Source of the DNA: Candidatus Auribacterota bacterium
Lineage (GTDB): Bacteria > Auribacterota > UBA6266
NCBI GenBank assembly: GCA_023136205.1
Contig: JAGLRQ010000086.1
Span: forward strand, 1-9,535
Reading direction: 5' to 3'
Length of the DNA: 9,535 nucleotides
Shown here: piece by piece, positions 1-6,236 of the stretch
Layout: every line of letters begins with the position of its first letter
Position numbering within the stretch: position 1 is the first letter of the stretch
Notes under the pieces: generated by a model
The model's input: only the letters and a program-made list of their open reading frames with translations
Told to the model about the DNA's origin: nothing
The model's database searches: none
Program-made: the position numbers and the translations under genes

Positions 1-391
1 AAACTACATCTGCGTCATTTAAGAAGTCAAGCTTTACCTTAGCCGAACCGGTGTAATCAACATCTGTCGCTATATACATATTCAAAGTAGCGGTATCACC
101 GGTATTAAGAGCCGTGGTTACATCTTGCGCAGCATACCCCCACGCATCAGCAGATCCACCACCCCACTGGTCTACAGTAAATACCCAGTTTCCTTCGTAG
201 GCAGTAATAGCATAATTTGTCTGTCCTTTGGCGGCAGCAGTTCCGTCCGTACCCCAATCTGTGGGGCAGGCCCAAGTATTACCAGGACTTTCAAAACTCG
301 CATTGCTAAGCAAGTTCGCCTGTGCTGTTGACGGAAGAATTACCATCATTGCCATAGCTAAAACGATAGTTGCTAAATAAACTTTTTTCAT
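1..391 (-). CDS. Secreted CBM4/9-like (galactose-binding-like beta-sandwich) protein, N-terminal ~130 aa only; the 3' end runs off the window start
   Basis: Absent from the ORF track because no stop codon lies in the window. My reverse-complement translation starts at ATG 389-391: MKKVYLATIVLAMAMMVILPSTAQANLLSNASFESPGNTWACPTDWGTDGTAAAKGQTNYAITAYEGNWVFTVDQWGGGSADAWGYAAQDVTTALNTGDTATLNMYIATDVDYTGSAKVKLDFLNDADVV. The frame stays open to position 2. A GGAGGTG Shine-Dalgarno (plus 398-404) sits 6 nt upstream of the ATG. The N-terminus is a typical Sec signal peptide with an AQA|N cleavage site. The mature N-terminus NLLSNASFE matches the NLFDNSGFE of the neighbouring gene. Confidence 0.8.
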   Translation of the reverse strand, partial: MKKVYLATIVLAMAMMVILPSTAQANLLSNASFESPGNTWACPTDWGTDGTAAAKGQTNYAITAYEGNWVFTVDQWGGGSADAWGYAAQDVTTALNTGDTATLNMYIATDVDYTGSAKVKLDFLNDADVV

Positions 392-417
392 CTTTTTCAC
401 CTCCTCTCTTTTTTGAA

Positions 418-443
418 AAGATAGAGCGTTTCCGCTATCTTTG
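418..443 (-). terminator. Weak intrinsic terminator candidate between the two CBM-like genes
   Basis: The minus-strand RNA reads AAAGAUAGCG-GAAA-CGCUCUAUCUUU. This is a 10-bp stem with a 2-nt bulge and a GAAA tetraloop, ending in a UUUU run and followed by CAAAAAAG. It lies 20 nt after the stop at 463-465. The U-tract is short and partly inside the stem. Confidence 0.35.
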
Positions 444-462
444 CTATTTTCTATTTCAACCC

Positions 463-1050
463 TTAAATCCAGGGTTTAGAATTAACAGTAAGTGAAGCGT
501 CATCCATACCAACGCTTCCTCCAAAACTGTGCACAACAAAAACAGCAGACACATAAACCGCGCCTTCAGGTACCGGACAAGAAAGCTCATCCTTTACATA
601 GTCATAAACACCGTCTCGTGTTCTGGACTTATAAGTTTTAATAACATTAAGTTCGGAATCTTTAAATTTAAGCTCCAGCCAGGCTGTACCGCCGGACGCA
701 AAATCACCATCACCTTTTGTCCATGCAGAGAAAGTAATTACATCCCCATCTTGACATTTACATTTTATATTCACATCCTGCCATACAGATACAGTACCTT
801 CCGGATTTCCACCGCCCATCCCAGCGCCTACGCAATATGTGCCGGAATGTATATCACCCAAATGATCTCCACTATCTTCCCAAATCCAGGCATCCCCCCA
901 ACTGTTAACAATGTCAGTAGATTTTTCCCATCCGGTAAAATCACCTGTTTCAAAACCGGAATTGTCAAAAAGATTAGCCTGAGAAGTTAAAGGAAAAGCA
1001 ACAAGCGCGACAGAGACAAACAACAGATTCAACAAACACATTCTGTCCAT
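463..1050 (-). CDS. Small secreted protein, stand-alone CBM4/9-like / galactose-binding-like beta-sandwich domain (195 aa)
   Basis: ATG start at 1048-1050, with an AAGGGGGA Shine-Dalgarno (plus 1055-1062) 4 nt upstream. The signal peptide is MDRMCLLNLLFVSVALVAFPLTSQA|NLF. The mature N-terminus NLFDNSGFETGDFTGWE is the characteristic first strand of CBM_4_9-type carbohydrate-binding modules. The rest is rich in beta-strand-like segments (WLELKFKD, VYVSAVFVVH) and carries several Cys residues. No catalytic domain is attached. The fold assignment comes from motif recognition, not a search. Confidence 0.85.
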   Translation of the reverse strand: MDRMCLLNLLFVSVALVAFPLTSQANLFDNSGFETGDFTGWEKSTDIVNSWGDAWIWEDSGDHLGDIHSGTYCVGAGMGGGNPEGTVSVWQDVNIKCKCQDGDVITFSAWTKGDGDFASGGTAWLELKFKDSELNVIKTYKSRTRDGVYDYVKDELSCPVPEGAVYVSAVFVVHSFGGSVGMDDASLTVNSKPWI

Positions 1051-1100
1051 TTCATCCCCCTTATTGATGCTTTTTAAACTTTATAGTTACGCACACGTAC

Positions 1101-1137
1101 AAAAAAAAACGCAAAAAATATTATATTTTAAGCGTTT
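1101..1137 (-). terminator. Terminator/attenuator-like hairpin with a long U-tract, upstream of the 463-1050 gene
   Basis: The minus-strand RNA reads AAACGC-UU-AAAAUAU-A-AUAUUUU-UU-GCGUUU followed by UUUUUU. The outer stem is 6 bp, AAACGC (1137-1132) paired with GCGUUU (1112-1107). An AT-only inner stem sits inside it. The 9-A run on the plus strand (1101-1109) gives the U-tract. The stem is weak and AT-rich. Confidence 0.35.
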
Positions 1138-1217
1138 GAAAACTTCCTAACAATTAATATGTTTTTTAAAAATGTTTCTTCCATTGGACCCCGTAGCTCT
1201 TTAATTACCCCTATCAT

Positions 1218-1237
1218 TGATCTAACATGATCTAACA
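1218..1237. repeat. Perfect tandem direct repeat, 2 x TGATCTAACA (each unit contains a GATC)
   Basis: Read directly from the sequence: cat-TGATCTAACA-TGATCTAACA-gcc. A further GATCA lies at 1242-1246. It falls inside the 453-bp noncoding gap, downstream of the candidate promoter. Confidence 0.6.
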
Positions 1238-1279
1238 GCCCGATCACCAACACCCACCAAAACAGATACCAGTGTTAAA

Positions 1280-1307
1280 AGTATCAAACCAAAATGCTGT
1301 CTGTCAA
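1280..1307 (-). promoter_or_regulatory. Candidate sigma70-type promoter (TTGACA - 16 nt - GATACT) firing toward the CBM-like genes
   Basis: The minus strand reads cTTGACAgacagcattttggtttGATACTttt. The -35 hexamer is a perfect TTGACA (plus 1302-1307). The -10 hexamer GATACT (plus 1280-1285) matches TATAAT at 4 of 6 positions. Spacing is 16 nt. The predicted start near 1272 is about 220 nt upstream of the ATG at 1050. Confidence 0.35.
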
Positions 1308-1503
1308 GTAGAAATTTTTATTTGCCGTCGACAAAATACTTTTTTCACACTTCGTTTTCTATTATATTTTTTAGTTTCACTAGCGTTATGCCTCCATCCG
1401 CGTCATTATTGGTATATACTGTCACTCAGTAATAACCTTCACGGGATTTTCTAACTTACAGTCTTTATATACCCAACCCATTTCACCCCGGGGGTAGAAT
1501 GGA

Positions 1504-2742
1504 TTATTTCGCAAAAAAATTACCCGAATCGCCTATTTCCCTTAATTGGACATTTACAATAGAATTTGCCGCCAAGTCTTTATTAGACTGCTTATCAACC
1601 AAGACCCTCATATAATTATCAGAAAATCCTTCACTTTTCCCTTCCACAAGGATTTCAACTTCTTTTCCCAGCCAGCTTCTTTTTATATCATCAGCAATTA
1701 TTTGAGATAAATCTATTGCTTCTTTTACTCTTTTTTTAATTATCTTACCGGAAATCCTGTCAGGATACTCATAAGAAGCAGTTCCTTTTCTCGGGCTATA
1801 GGGAAAAACATGCACCCTGATAAACCCCAGATCTCTCAAAGCATCAAGGGACATCCTGTAATCATCTTCAGTCTCTCCCGGAAAACCTACAATAAGGTCT
1901 GTTGAAAGTGTTACATTTTTGACTGTCTTCCTTATCCTGTTTACCTGCTTTAAATAATCCCCGTAAGTATATTTACGGCCCATCATTTTTAAAACGTTAT
2001 CCGAACCACTCTGCAGTGGAATGTGGAAATGAGGGCAAAACGGCTTCCCTGTTGAAAAAAGCTCAACAATTTCTTCCAAATTACTGGCAAGTTCTATAGA
2101 GCTTATTCTTATTCTTTTTAAATTTTGAATCCTTGAGATTCTCTTAAGTAATTTTGTCAAATTACCGTATTGGGAATCATAGTATTTTGCTACATGGATT
2201 CCAGTAATAACAATTTCTAAAAAACCGGTATTAACAAAGTGTTCGGCTTCAGTTACGATATTTTTAAACGGCCGGCTTCGCGGTTTTCCCCGGACATACG
2301 GCACAATGCAGTACGTACAAAAACTGTCGCAACCTTCCTGAACCTTTAAAAATGCCCTTGTCCTGTTCTTAAATCCGGTTAGCATCTTAATTTCATCTTT
2401 AGCCGCGCCGGAAAACATTGAAATAATTTCTGGAAAATCCTCTTTTTTAACAATAATATAATTTATATCTTTAATTTGCTCAAAGTGCGGGTTTACAGCG
2501 GAACAGCCGGTAAGTATCAATTTTGCACCGGGATACACCCTTTTAAATTTCCTCAACGCGGCCCTTACTTTTGCATCACTTTGGCGCGTTACAGTACATC
2601 CGTTCACAATGATCAGTGAGGGCTGTCCGGATAAACCTGTTTCAAACTCAGTAAATCCGTTACGGCAAAGAATTTCTCTTATTGTCTGAGAATCATACTG
2701 GTTGACTTTGCAGCCAAATGTTTTTATTAGGAATGCAGGCAT
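1504..2742 (-). CDS. mtaB: Radical-SAM methylthiotransferase, MtaB family (tRNA ms2t6A37 synthesis)
   Basis: The N-terminal UPF0004 cysteines are present (FGCKVNQYDS, NGCTVT, TGCSAV). The radical-SAM motif is CDSFCTYC within RTRAFLKVQEGCDSFCTYCIVPYVRG. Further conserved blocks include KRIRISSIE, HIPLQSGSDNVLKMMGRKYT, DLIVGFPGETEDDY, VHVFPYSPRKGT and a TRAM-like C-terminus (GFSDNYMRV). These are collinear with my recollection of B. subtilis YqeV/MtaB. The position after rsmE matches the Bacillus dnaK operon. The ORF track starts at TTG 2743-2745. The next codon is ATG (2740-2742), which I take as the start. Confidence 0.92.
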   Translation of the reverse strand: MPAFLIKTFGCKVNQYDSQTIREILCRNGFTEFETGLSGQPSLIIVNGCTVTRQSDAKVRAALRKFKRVYPGAKLILTGCSAVNPHFEQIKDINYIIVKKEDFPEIISMFSGAAKDEIKMLTGFKNRTRAFLKVQEGCDSFCTYCIVPYVRGKPRSRPFKNIVTEAEHFVNTGFLEIVITGIHVAKYYDSQYGNLTKLLKRISRIQNLKRIRISSIELASNLEEIVELFSTGKPFCPHFHIPLQSGSDNVLKMMGRKYTYGDYLKQVNRIRKTVKNVTLSTDLIVGFPGETEDDYRMSLDALRDLGFIRVHVFPYSPRKGTASYEYPDRISGKIIKKRVKEAIDLSQIIADDIKRSWLGKEVEILVEGKSEGFSDNYMRVLVDKQSNKDLAANSIVNVQLREIGDSGNFFAK

Positions 2743-2746
2743 CAAA

Positions 2747-3478
2747 TTACTTTCTTAAGAGGCTGGACAAAATTGCTGCCGCGGTTATAGCCGCAGTTTC
2801 CGCTCTCAATCTATAGAGACCGAGACTCACAGGAGTGAAATGGTTTACCTTTAATTCTTCGTCCTCTTTTTCACTAAATCCCCCCTCGGGGCCCACAGCA
2901 CAAATCACCTTTTCATTATTATCTTTGAATATATCCCTTTTGAAAGATTCAGGGACATCCATACTGCCAAAAAACTTCTTACCGGAATCCATTTTAAGAA
3001 ACTCCTTAAACTTTACCGGGGGTAAAATTTCCATAGAATTAGCCCTCCCGCACTGTTTTGTCGACTCAAGAGAAATCCTGCCCCACCTCGCTCTCTTTTT
3101 TTGGGCAGCTTCAGGATTATTCAAAACAGGAACTGAGAAGTCACACATAATCGGAATAAACCTTTTTACCCCAAGCTCTGACAGCTTTTGAATGGCAACA
3201 TTCATTGCTTTCTCTTTCAAAACCCCAAGGGCAATATCAATTTCCAAAACCCCTTTGAATTTCCCTGTTTCTATATCCATAACCCTGACATTGACAATAT
3301 TGCCCGGAACATTCATCACAGATGCCCTTGCAGCATTGCCTTTTCCATCAAAAAGTTCTACTTCCTCACCGGATTTTATTCTCAAGACTTTCAGAATATG
3401 GCGGGATTGAACCGCGTCAAGCCTTACAATACTACCCGCGCGGGTAATTATTTCAGAAAAAAATCTTTTTACTTCCAC
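2747..3478 (-). CDS. rsmE: 16S rRNA (uracil1498-N3)-methyltransferase RsmE
   Basis: 243 aa. The N-terminus has a PUA-like KRFF...[21 protein letters not shown] segment. The C-terminus has the SPOUT-fold signature [11 protein letters not shown]...[15 protein letters not shown]. The start codon is GTG (3476-3478), which overlaps the dnaJ stop region by 10 bp. The TAA stop at 2747-2749 lies 4 nt before the mtaB ATG, so translation is probably coupled. Confidence 0.9.
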   Translation of the reverse strand: MEVKRFFSEIITRAGSIVRLDAVQSRHILKVLRIKSGEEVELFDGKGNAARASVMNVPGNIVNVRVMDIETGKFKGVLEIDIALGVLKEKAMNVAIQKLSELGVKRFIPIMCDFSVPVLNNPEAAQKKRARWGRISLESTKQCGRANSMEILPPVKFKEFLKMDSGKKFFGSMDVPESFKRDIFKDNNEKVICAVGPEGGFSEKEDEELKVNHFTPVSLGLYRLRAETAAITAAAILSSLLRK

Positions 3479-4632
3479 TTAATTTTCTCTGCTGTTTTTA
3501 TAAATGCTGATTGGGCCGGGTTGGATGAAGGAAGGAAAATTCTCTTTAATTCAGAAAACAGCTTCTTATTTTCGGAATCTAATTTTACAGGGGTTTCAAT
3601 CTCAACCTTTACAAACATGTCACCAACACCATACCCCTGCAGGTTTCTTATCCCTTTCCCTCTCATTCTGAAAACTTTGCCATTCTGGGTGCCGGCCGGT
3701 ATCTTAAGAGAAGCTTTTCCTTCAAGCGTAGGAATTGCTATTCCACCTCCCAGGGCAGCAGTCGCAATATCAATCGGCACCTGCATAACTATATCATCTC
3801 CATCTCTATGGAAAAGCAAATGTGATTTAACACGTATTCTTACATATAAATCTCCCTTTGATCCGTTATCAGGCCCTGAAGAACCTTCTCCCGCGCTTTT
3901 TAATCTGACCCCTGTATCAACCCCCGAGGGAATTTTAACTTTAATAGTGTGTGACTTTTCTACCAGCCCGGCTCCTCTGCATAACTTACAGGGTTTTTTA
4001 ATAATTGTACCGGACCCAAAGCACTTAGGACACGTTCTGCTTATATTGAAAAAACCCTGAGAACTACTTACCTGCCCGGCACCTCCACACTGTGGACATC
4101 GTTCTTTGTTATAACCCTTTGCCGCGCCACTGCCGCCGCACTCTGAACACGTATCTTTACGATAAAATTTTATCTCTTTACTGGTACCAAAAACAGCTTC
4201 ATTAAAAGAAATGCTTAAGTCGAATTGAAGGCTTTCACCACGCTGCACCGCGCCGCGGCGGCCGCCCCTCGCGGAACCTCCGCCGAAAAAGGAACTAAAC
4301 ATACCACCCGCACCGCCTCCGGCAAATAAATCGAAAATATCCTGAAACTCCATGCTATGGGCCTGTGTAAAGTCAGACATATCAAAACCATGGCCGCCGA
4401 ACGCACCTTTCATGCCGCTGTGCCCAAATTGGTCATACCTCTGTTTTTTTTCGGGGTCGCTCAAAACTTCATACGCTTCAGCCGCTTCCTTAAATTTCTG
4501 TTCGGCATCCTTGCTGTCAGGATTCCTGTCAGGATGGTACTTAAGCGCGAGTTTCCTGTAAGCCTTCTTTATTTCTTCAGAGCTTGCGTGCCTGCCTTCA
4601 CCTAGAACTTCATAATAATCTCTTTTTGCCAT
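3469..4632 (-). CDS. dnaJ: Molecular chaperone DnaJ (type I Hsp40)
   Basis: The J-domain reads DYYEVLG...[15 protein letters not shown] Gly/Phe-rich linker follows ([22 protein letters not shown]). There are four CxxCxGxG zinc-finger repeats: [24 protein letters not shown] and [10 protein letters not shown]-terminal substrate-binding domain completes the protein. ATG at 4630-4632, with a GGGTGAG Shine-Dalgarno upstream. Confidence 0.97.
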   Translation of the reverse strand: MAKRDYYEVLGEGRHASSEEIKKAYRKLALKYHPDRNPDSKDAEQKFKEAAEAYEVLSDPEKKQRYDQFGHSGMKGAFGGHGFDMSDFTQAHSMEFQDIFDLFAGGGAGGMFSSFFGGGSARGGRRGAVQRGESLQFDLSISFNEAVFGTSKEIKFYRKDTCSECGGSGAAKGYNKERCPQCGGAGQVSSSQGFFNISRTCPKCFGSGTIIKKPCKLCRGAGLVEKSHTIKVKIPSGVDTGVRLKSAGEGSSGPDNGSKGDLYVRIRVKSHLLFHRDGDDIVMQVPIDIATAALGGGIAIPTLEGKASLKIPAGTQNGKVFRMRGKGIRNLQGYGVGDMFVKVEIETPVKLDSENKKLFSELKRIFLPSSNPAQSAFIKTAEKIKWK

Positions 4633-4692
4633 AATAAATTCTCACCCTTAAATCATTTCCCTTTCTTCTATTCACGAAATACTATTCACTAT

Positions 4693-5280
4693 TTACTGCT
4701 TTTCTTCCTGTTGTCTGCCTTCACATCCATTTCCATCAGGTTCAATATCTTTTTCCTTAAGCTGCCTGGATACCTTTACCATGGACGGGCGAATAACCTT
4801 TTCGAAAAGGGTGTAGCCCGGCAAAACCTCTTCGACAACAATATCATCTTCTATCTCATCTTCCTCGACAACACCTATCGCGTGATGATAAACCGGATCA
4901 AATTTTTCACCAATAGACTTTATCTTCTTAAGCTCGGCTTTATCAAGGATGGTTTCAAGTTGTTTCAAGATAAGCTCTATCCCGTCATGCAGCGCGGAAA
5001 GATTTTCAGCGGGGGTAGCAAGAGCTCTTTCAAAATTATCCACAACAGGAAGAATTTCAAGAAGGATATCTTCATTTGCAAGCTTTATAATCCGGCTTCT
5101 TTCCCTTTCATATCTCTTCATGTAATTATCAAAATCCGCTGTTTTCTTTATATAAAGCCCCTGATACTTTTCAGAGTCTTTAAGTTTTTCTTCAAGTTCT
5201 TTAATTCTTTGTTCAACCTTTTTTATCTTTTCTTCTTTTTTGTAATCTTTTTTGCTATCTTTATGTTTTTTGTTTTCCAT
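4693..5280 (-). CDS. grpE: Nucleotide exchange factor GrpE
   Basis: 195 aa. The N-terminus is a Lys/Glu-rich coiled-coil region. Conserved GrpE core blocks follow: ADFDNYMKRYERE, LLEILPVVDNFERAL, FDPVYHHAIG and GYTLFEKVIRPSMVKV. ATG at 5278-5280. The gene ends 60 bp upstream of dnaJ. Confidence 0.95.
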   Translation of the reverse strand: MENKKHKDSKKDYKKEEKIKKVEQRIKELEEKLKDSEKYQGLYIKKTADFDNYMKRYERERSRIIKLANEDILLEILPVVDNFERALATPAENLSALHDGIELILKQLETILDKAELKKIKSIGEKFDPVYHHAIGVVEEDEIEDDIVVEEVLPGYTLFEKVIRPSMVKVSRQLKEKDIEPDGNGCEGRQQEEKQ

Positions 5281-5295
5281 TTAATCCTGCCCCTT

Positions 5296-5323
5296 ATAAT
5301 ATCTTTGTATAAACCCTTCACAA
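5296..5323 (-). promoter_or_regulatory. Possible sigma70-like promoter for grpE (TTGTGA - 16 nt - TATTAT)
   Basis: The minus strand reads ttaTTGTGAagggtttatacaaagaTATTATaaggggcaggattaaATG. The motif is squeezed between the distal terminator and the grpE ATG. If it is used, the leader would be only about 8-10 nt. There is no CIRCE inverted repeat (TTAGCACTC-N9-GAGTGCTAA) here or elsewhere in the window. Confidence 0.25.
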
Positions 5324-5358
5324 TAAAAAACAGGCTGTAACATTAAATCAGCCTGTTT
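5321..5358 (-). terminator. Rho-independent terminator (distal of a tandem pair) ending the partner-switching operon
   Basis: The minus-strand RNA reads AAACAGGCUG-AUUUAAUGUUA-CAGCCUGUUU followed by UUUAUUG. This is a perfect 10-bp stem (5358-5349 paired with 5337-5328) with an 11-nt loop, running into a U-rich tract. Confidence 0.75.
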
Positions 5359-5388
5359 AAAAAAAATCAAGGGTCTTTTTTCACCCTT
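5359..5388 (-). terminator. Proximal intrinsic terminator candidate overlapping the kinase stop codon
   Basis: The minus-strand RNA reads AAGGGU-GAAAAAAG-ACCCUU followed by GAUUUUUUUU. This is a 6-bp stem (5388-5383 paired with 5374-5369) with an 8-nt loop that contains the kinase TGA stop. An 8-U tract follows (plus-strand A run 5359-5366). Confidence 0.5.
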
Positions 5389-5833
5389 TTTTTATGTACT
5401 TTACAAGAGTAAGTGTATTTACACCATCCGGTGTTCTCTTATAAGATACATCATCCATAAAATTCTTTATGATATACAAACCGAGTCCATGCATTTTCAT
5501 TTCTTTTAAATGAGCCGCGATATCCGGGACATGATAGTTTTCGAAATCAAATTCTTTACCCGCGTCTGATACCTCAATTATAATTCTCTTAGTGTTTATA
5601 TTAACTTTTATGTTTATTTCATTGTCTTTCCCGCCTTTAAAAGCAATTTTCTCCTCAGAGGTATACGCGTATTTAATGACATTAGTACAGGCTTCATCTA
5701 CAGCAATCTCAATTTTCGCGATATCATCCTGAGAATAATTCATCCCGCCCGCGAGTTCTGTAATAACTTTCCTGACAAGTCCCAGAAAAAATTTATCGGA
5801 AGGTATTTTAAGATATATGGAATCTGTTTTCAT
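5381..5833 (-). CDS. Anti-sigma-factor-type serine protein kinase (RsbW/SpoIIAB-like, HATPase_c_2 fold)
   Basis: 150 aa, the typical size for this family. The N-box reads DEACTNVIKYAY. The G1-like motif is EVSDAGKEFD and the G2 motif is HGLGLYIIKNFMD. ATG at 5831-5833, with a GAGGGG Shine-Dalgarno. It starts 15 nt after the preceding STAS gene. Confidence 0.9.
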   Translation of the reverse strand: MKTDSIYLKIPSDKFFLGLVRKVITELAGGMNYSQDDIAKIEIAVDEACTNVIKYAYTSEEKIAFKGGKDNEINIKVNINTKRIIIEVSDAGKEFDFENYHVPDIAAHLKEMKMHGLGLYIIKNFMDDVSYKRTPDGVNTLTLVKYIKKG

Positions 5834-5848
5834 TTTTAAGTTTCCCCT

Positions 5849-6202
5849 CTATTCGAAAGCGCTTAAAGCAGTTTTTTCATTATCAAATACTTTTATAAAT
5901 TTTGAAAGTCCAAGAATATTAATTATAGAATTAATCTTGGGGGTAGGATTAAAAATCACAAGATCACCCTTTTTCTCCCTGGCAATCTTAGCAAACCCCA
6001 TCATAGCCCCCAATCCCGCACTGCTAATATACTCCAGGTTGGCAAAATCAAACATAAGGTTAATCCCATCTTTATCTAATATCCCTCTAATTTTATCCTC
6101 GAATTCCGGAAAAGAATAGGCATCCAGAGAACCGGTAACCCTAATAATAAATATAGGGATTTTAAATCCAATTTTTTCAACTTTTATACTGCACATAGGC
6201 AT
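5849..6202 (-). CDS. STAS-domain anti-sigma-factor antagonist (RsbV/SpoIIAA-like)
   Basis: 117 aa. The segment RVTGSLDAYSFPEFEDKI...FDFANLEYISSAGLGAMMG aligns with SpoIIAA DLSFMDSSGLGVILG. The phosphorylatable Ser, equivalent to SpoIIAA Ser58, is retained as the second S of ISSAGLG. The C-terminus LGLSKFIKVFDNEKTALSAF is typical. ATG at 6200-6202, with a GGGAGGA Shine-Dalgarno. Confidence 0.9.
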   Translation of the reverse strand: MPMCSIKVEKIGFKIPIFIIRVTGSLDAYSFPEFEDKIRGILDKDGINLMFDFANLEYISSAGLGAMMGFAKIAREKKGDLVIFNPTPKINSIINILGLSKFIKVFDNEKTALSAFE

Positions 6203-6236
6203 TTTATCCTCCCTTCCTTTTTCTTACCCCTATGGG

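Noticed and set aside
125-331. 68-aa plus-strand ORF (TTG start)
   Set aside because: It is antisense to the truncated secreted-protein gene at 1-391, which has an ATG, a GGAGGTG Shine-Dalgarno, a signal peptide and paralogy to the neighbouring gene.
529-990. 153-aa plus-strand ORF
   Set aside because: It is antisense to the 463-1050 secreted-protein gene, which has a strong Shine-Dalgarno, a signal peptide and a paralogue next door. It is a shadow ORF.
1272-1454. 60-aa plus-strand ORF (GTG start) inside the 453-bp gap
   Set aside because: It has no Shine-Dalgarno and a non-ATG start. The hydrophobic, low-complexity translation is typical of random AT-rich sequence. It runs opposite to every real gene in the window.
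1485-1496. CACCCCGGGGGT palindrome just after the mtaB stop, considered as the operon terminator
   Set aside because: The self-complementary run leaves essentially no loop, so only a 3-4 bp stem is possible. It is followed by GAAATGGG rather than a U-tract. It is not a credible intrinsic terminator.
3188-4060. 290-aa plus-strand ORF, the largest on the plus strand
   Set aside because: It lies entirely antisense to dnaJ and the rsmE 5' end, both of which have unmistakable conserved motifs. The translation is low-complexity and rich in Phe, Ser, Pro and Ile, with no recognisable domain and no Shine-Dalgarno. It is a shadow ORF.
4215-4406. 63-aa minus-strand ORF nested in dnaJ, plus similar nested ORFs at 4352-4605 and 8694-8924
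   Set aside because: These are alternative-frame ORFs inside well-supported genes: the GC-richer Gly/Phe region of dnaJ, and comEC. They have no start-site signals and no recognisable motifs.
4711-5340. 209-aa plus-strand ORF
   Set aside because: It is antisense to grpE. The Phe/Leu/Ile/Lys-rich translation is what the reverse complement of Lys/Glu-rich GrpE codons (AAG/GAA to CTT/TTC) produces. There is no independent support.
5281-5380. CIRCE operator or sigma32-type heat-shock promoter upstream of grpE
   Set aside because: No TTAGCACTC-N9-GAGTGCTAA-like inverted repeat is present in the window. A CCCTTGAT resembling the sigma32 -35 element is present at about 5366-5373 on the minus strand. 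It has no CCCCAT-like -10 at the proper spacing, and it lies inside the proximal terminator.
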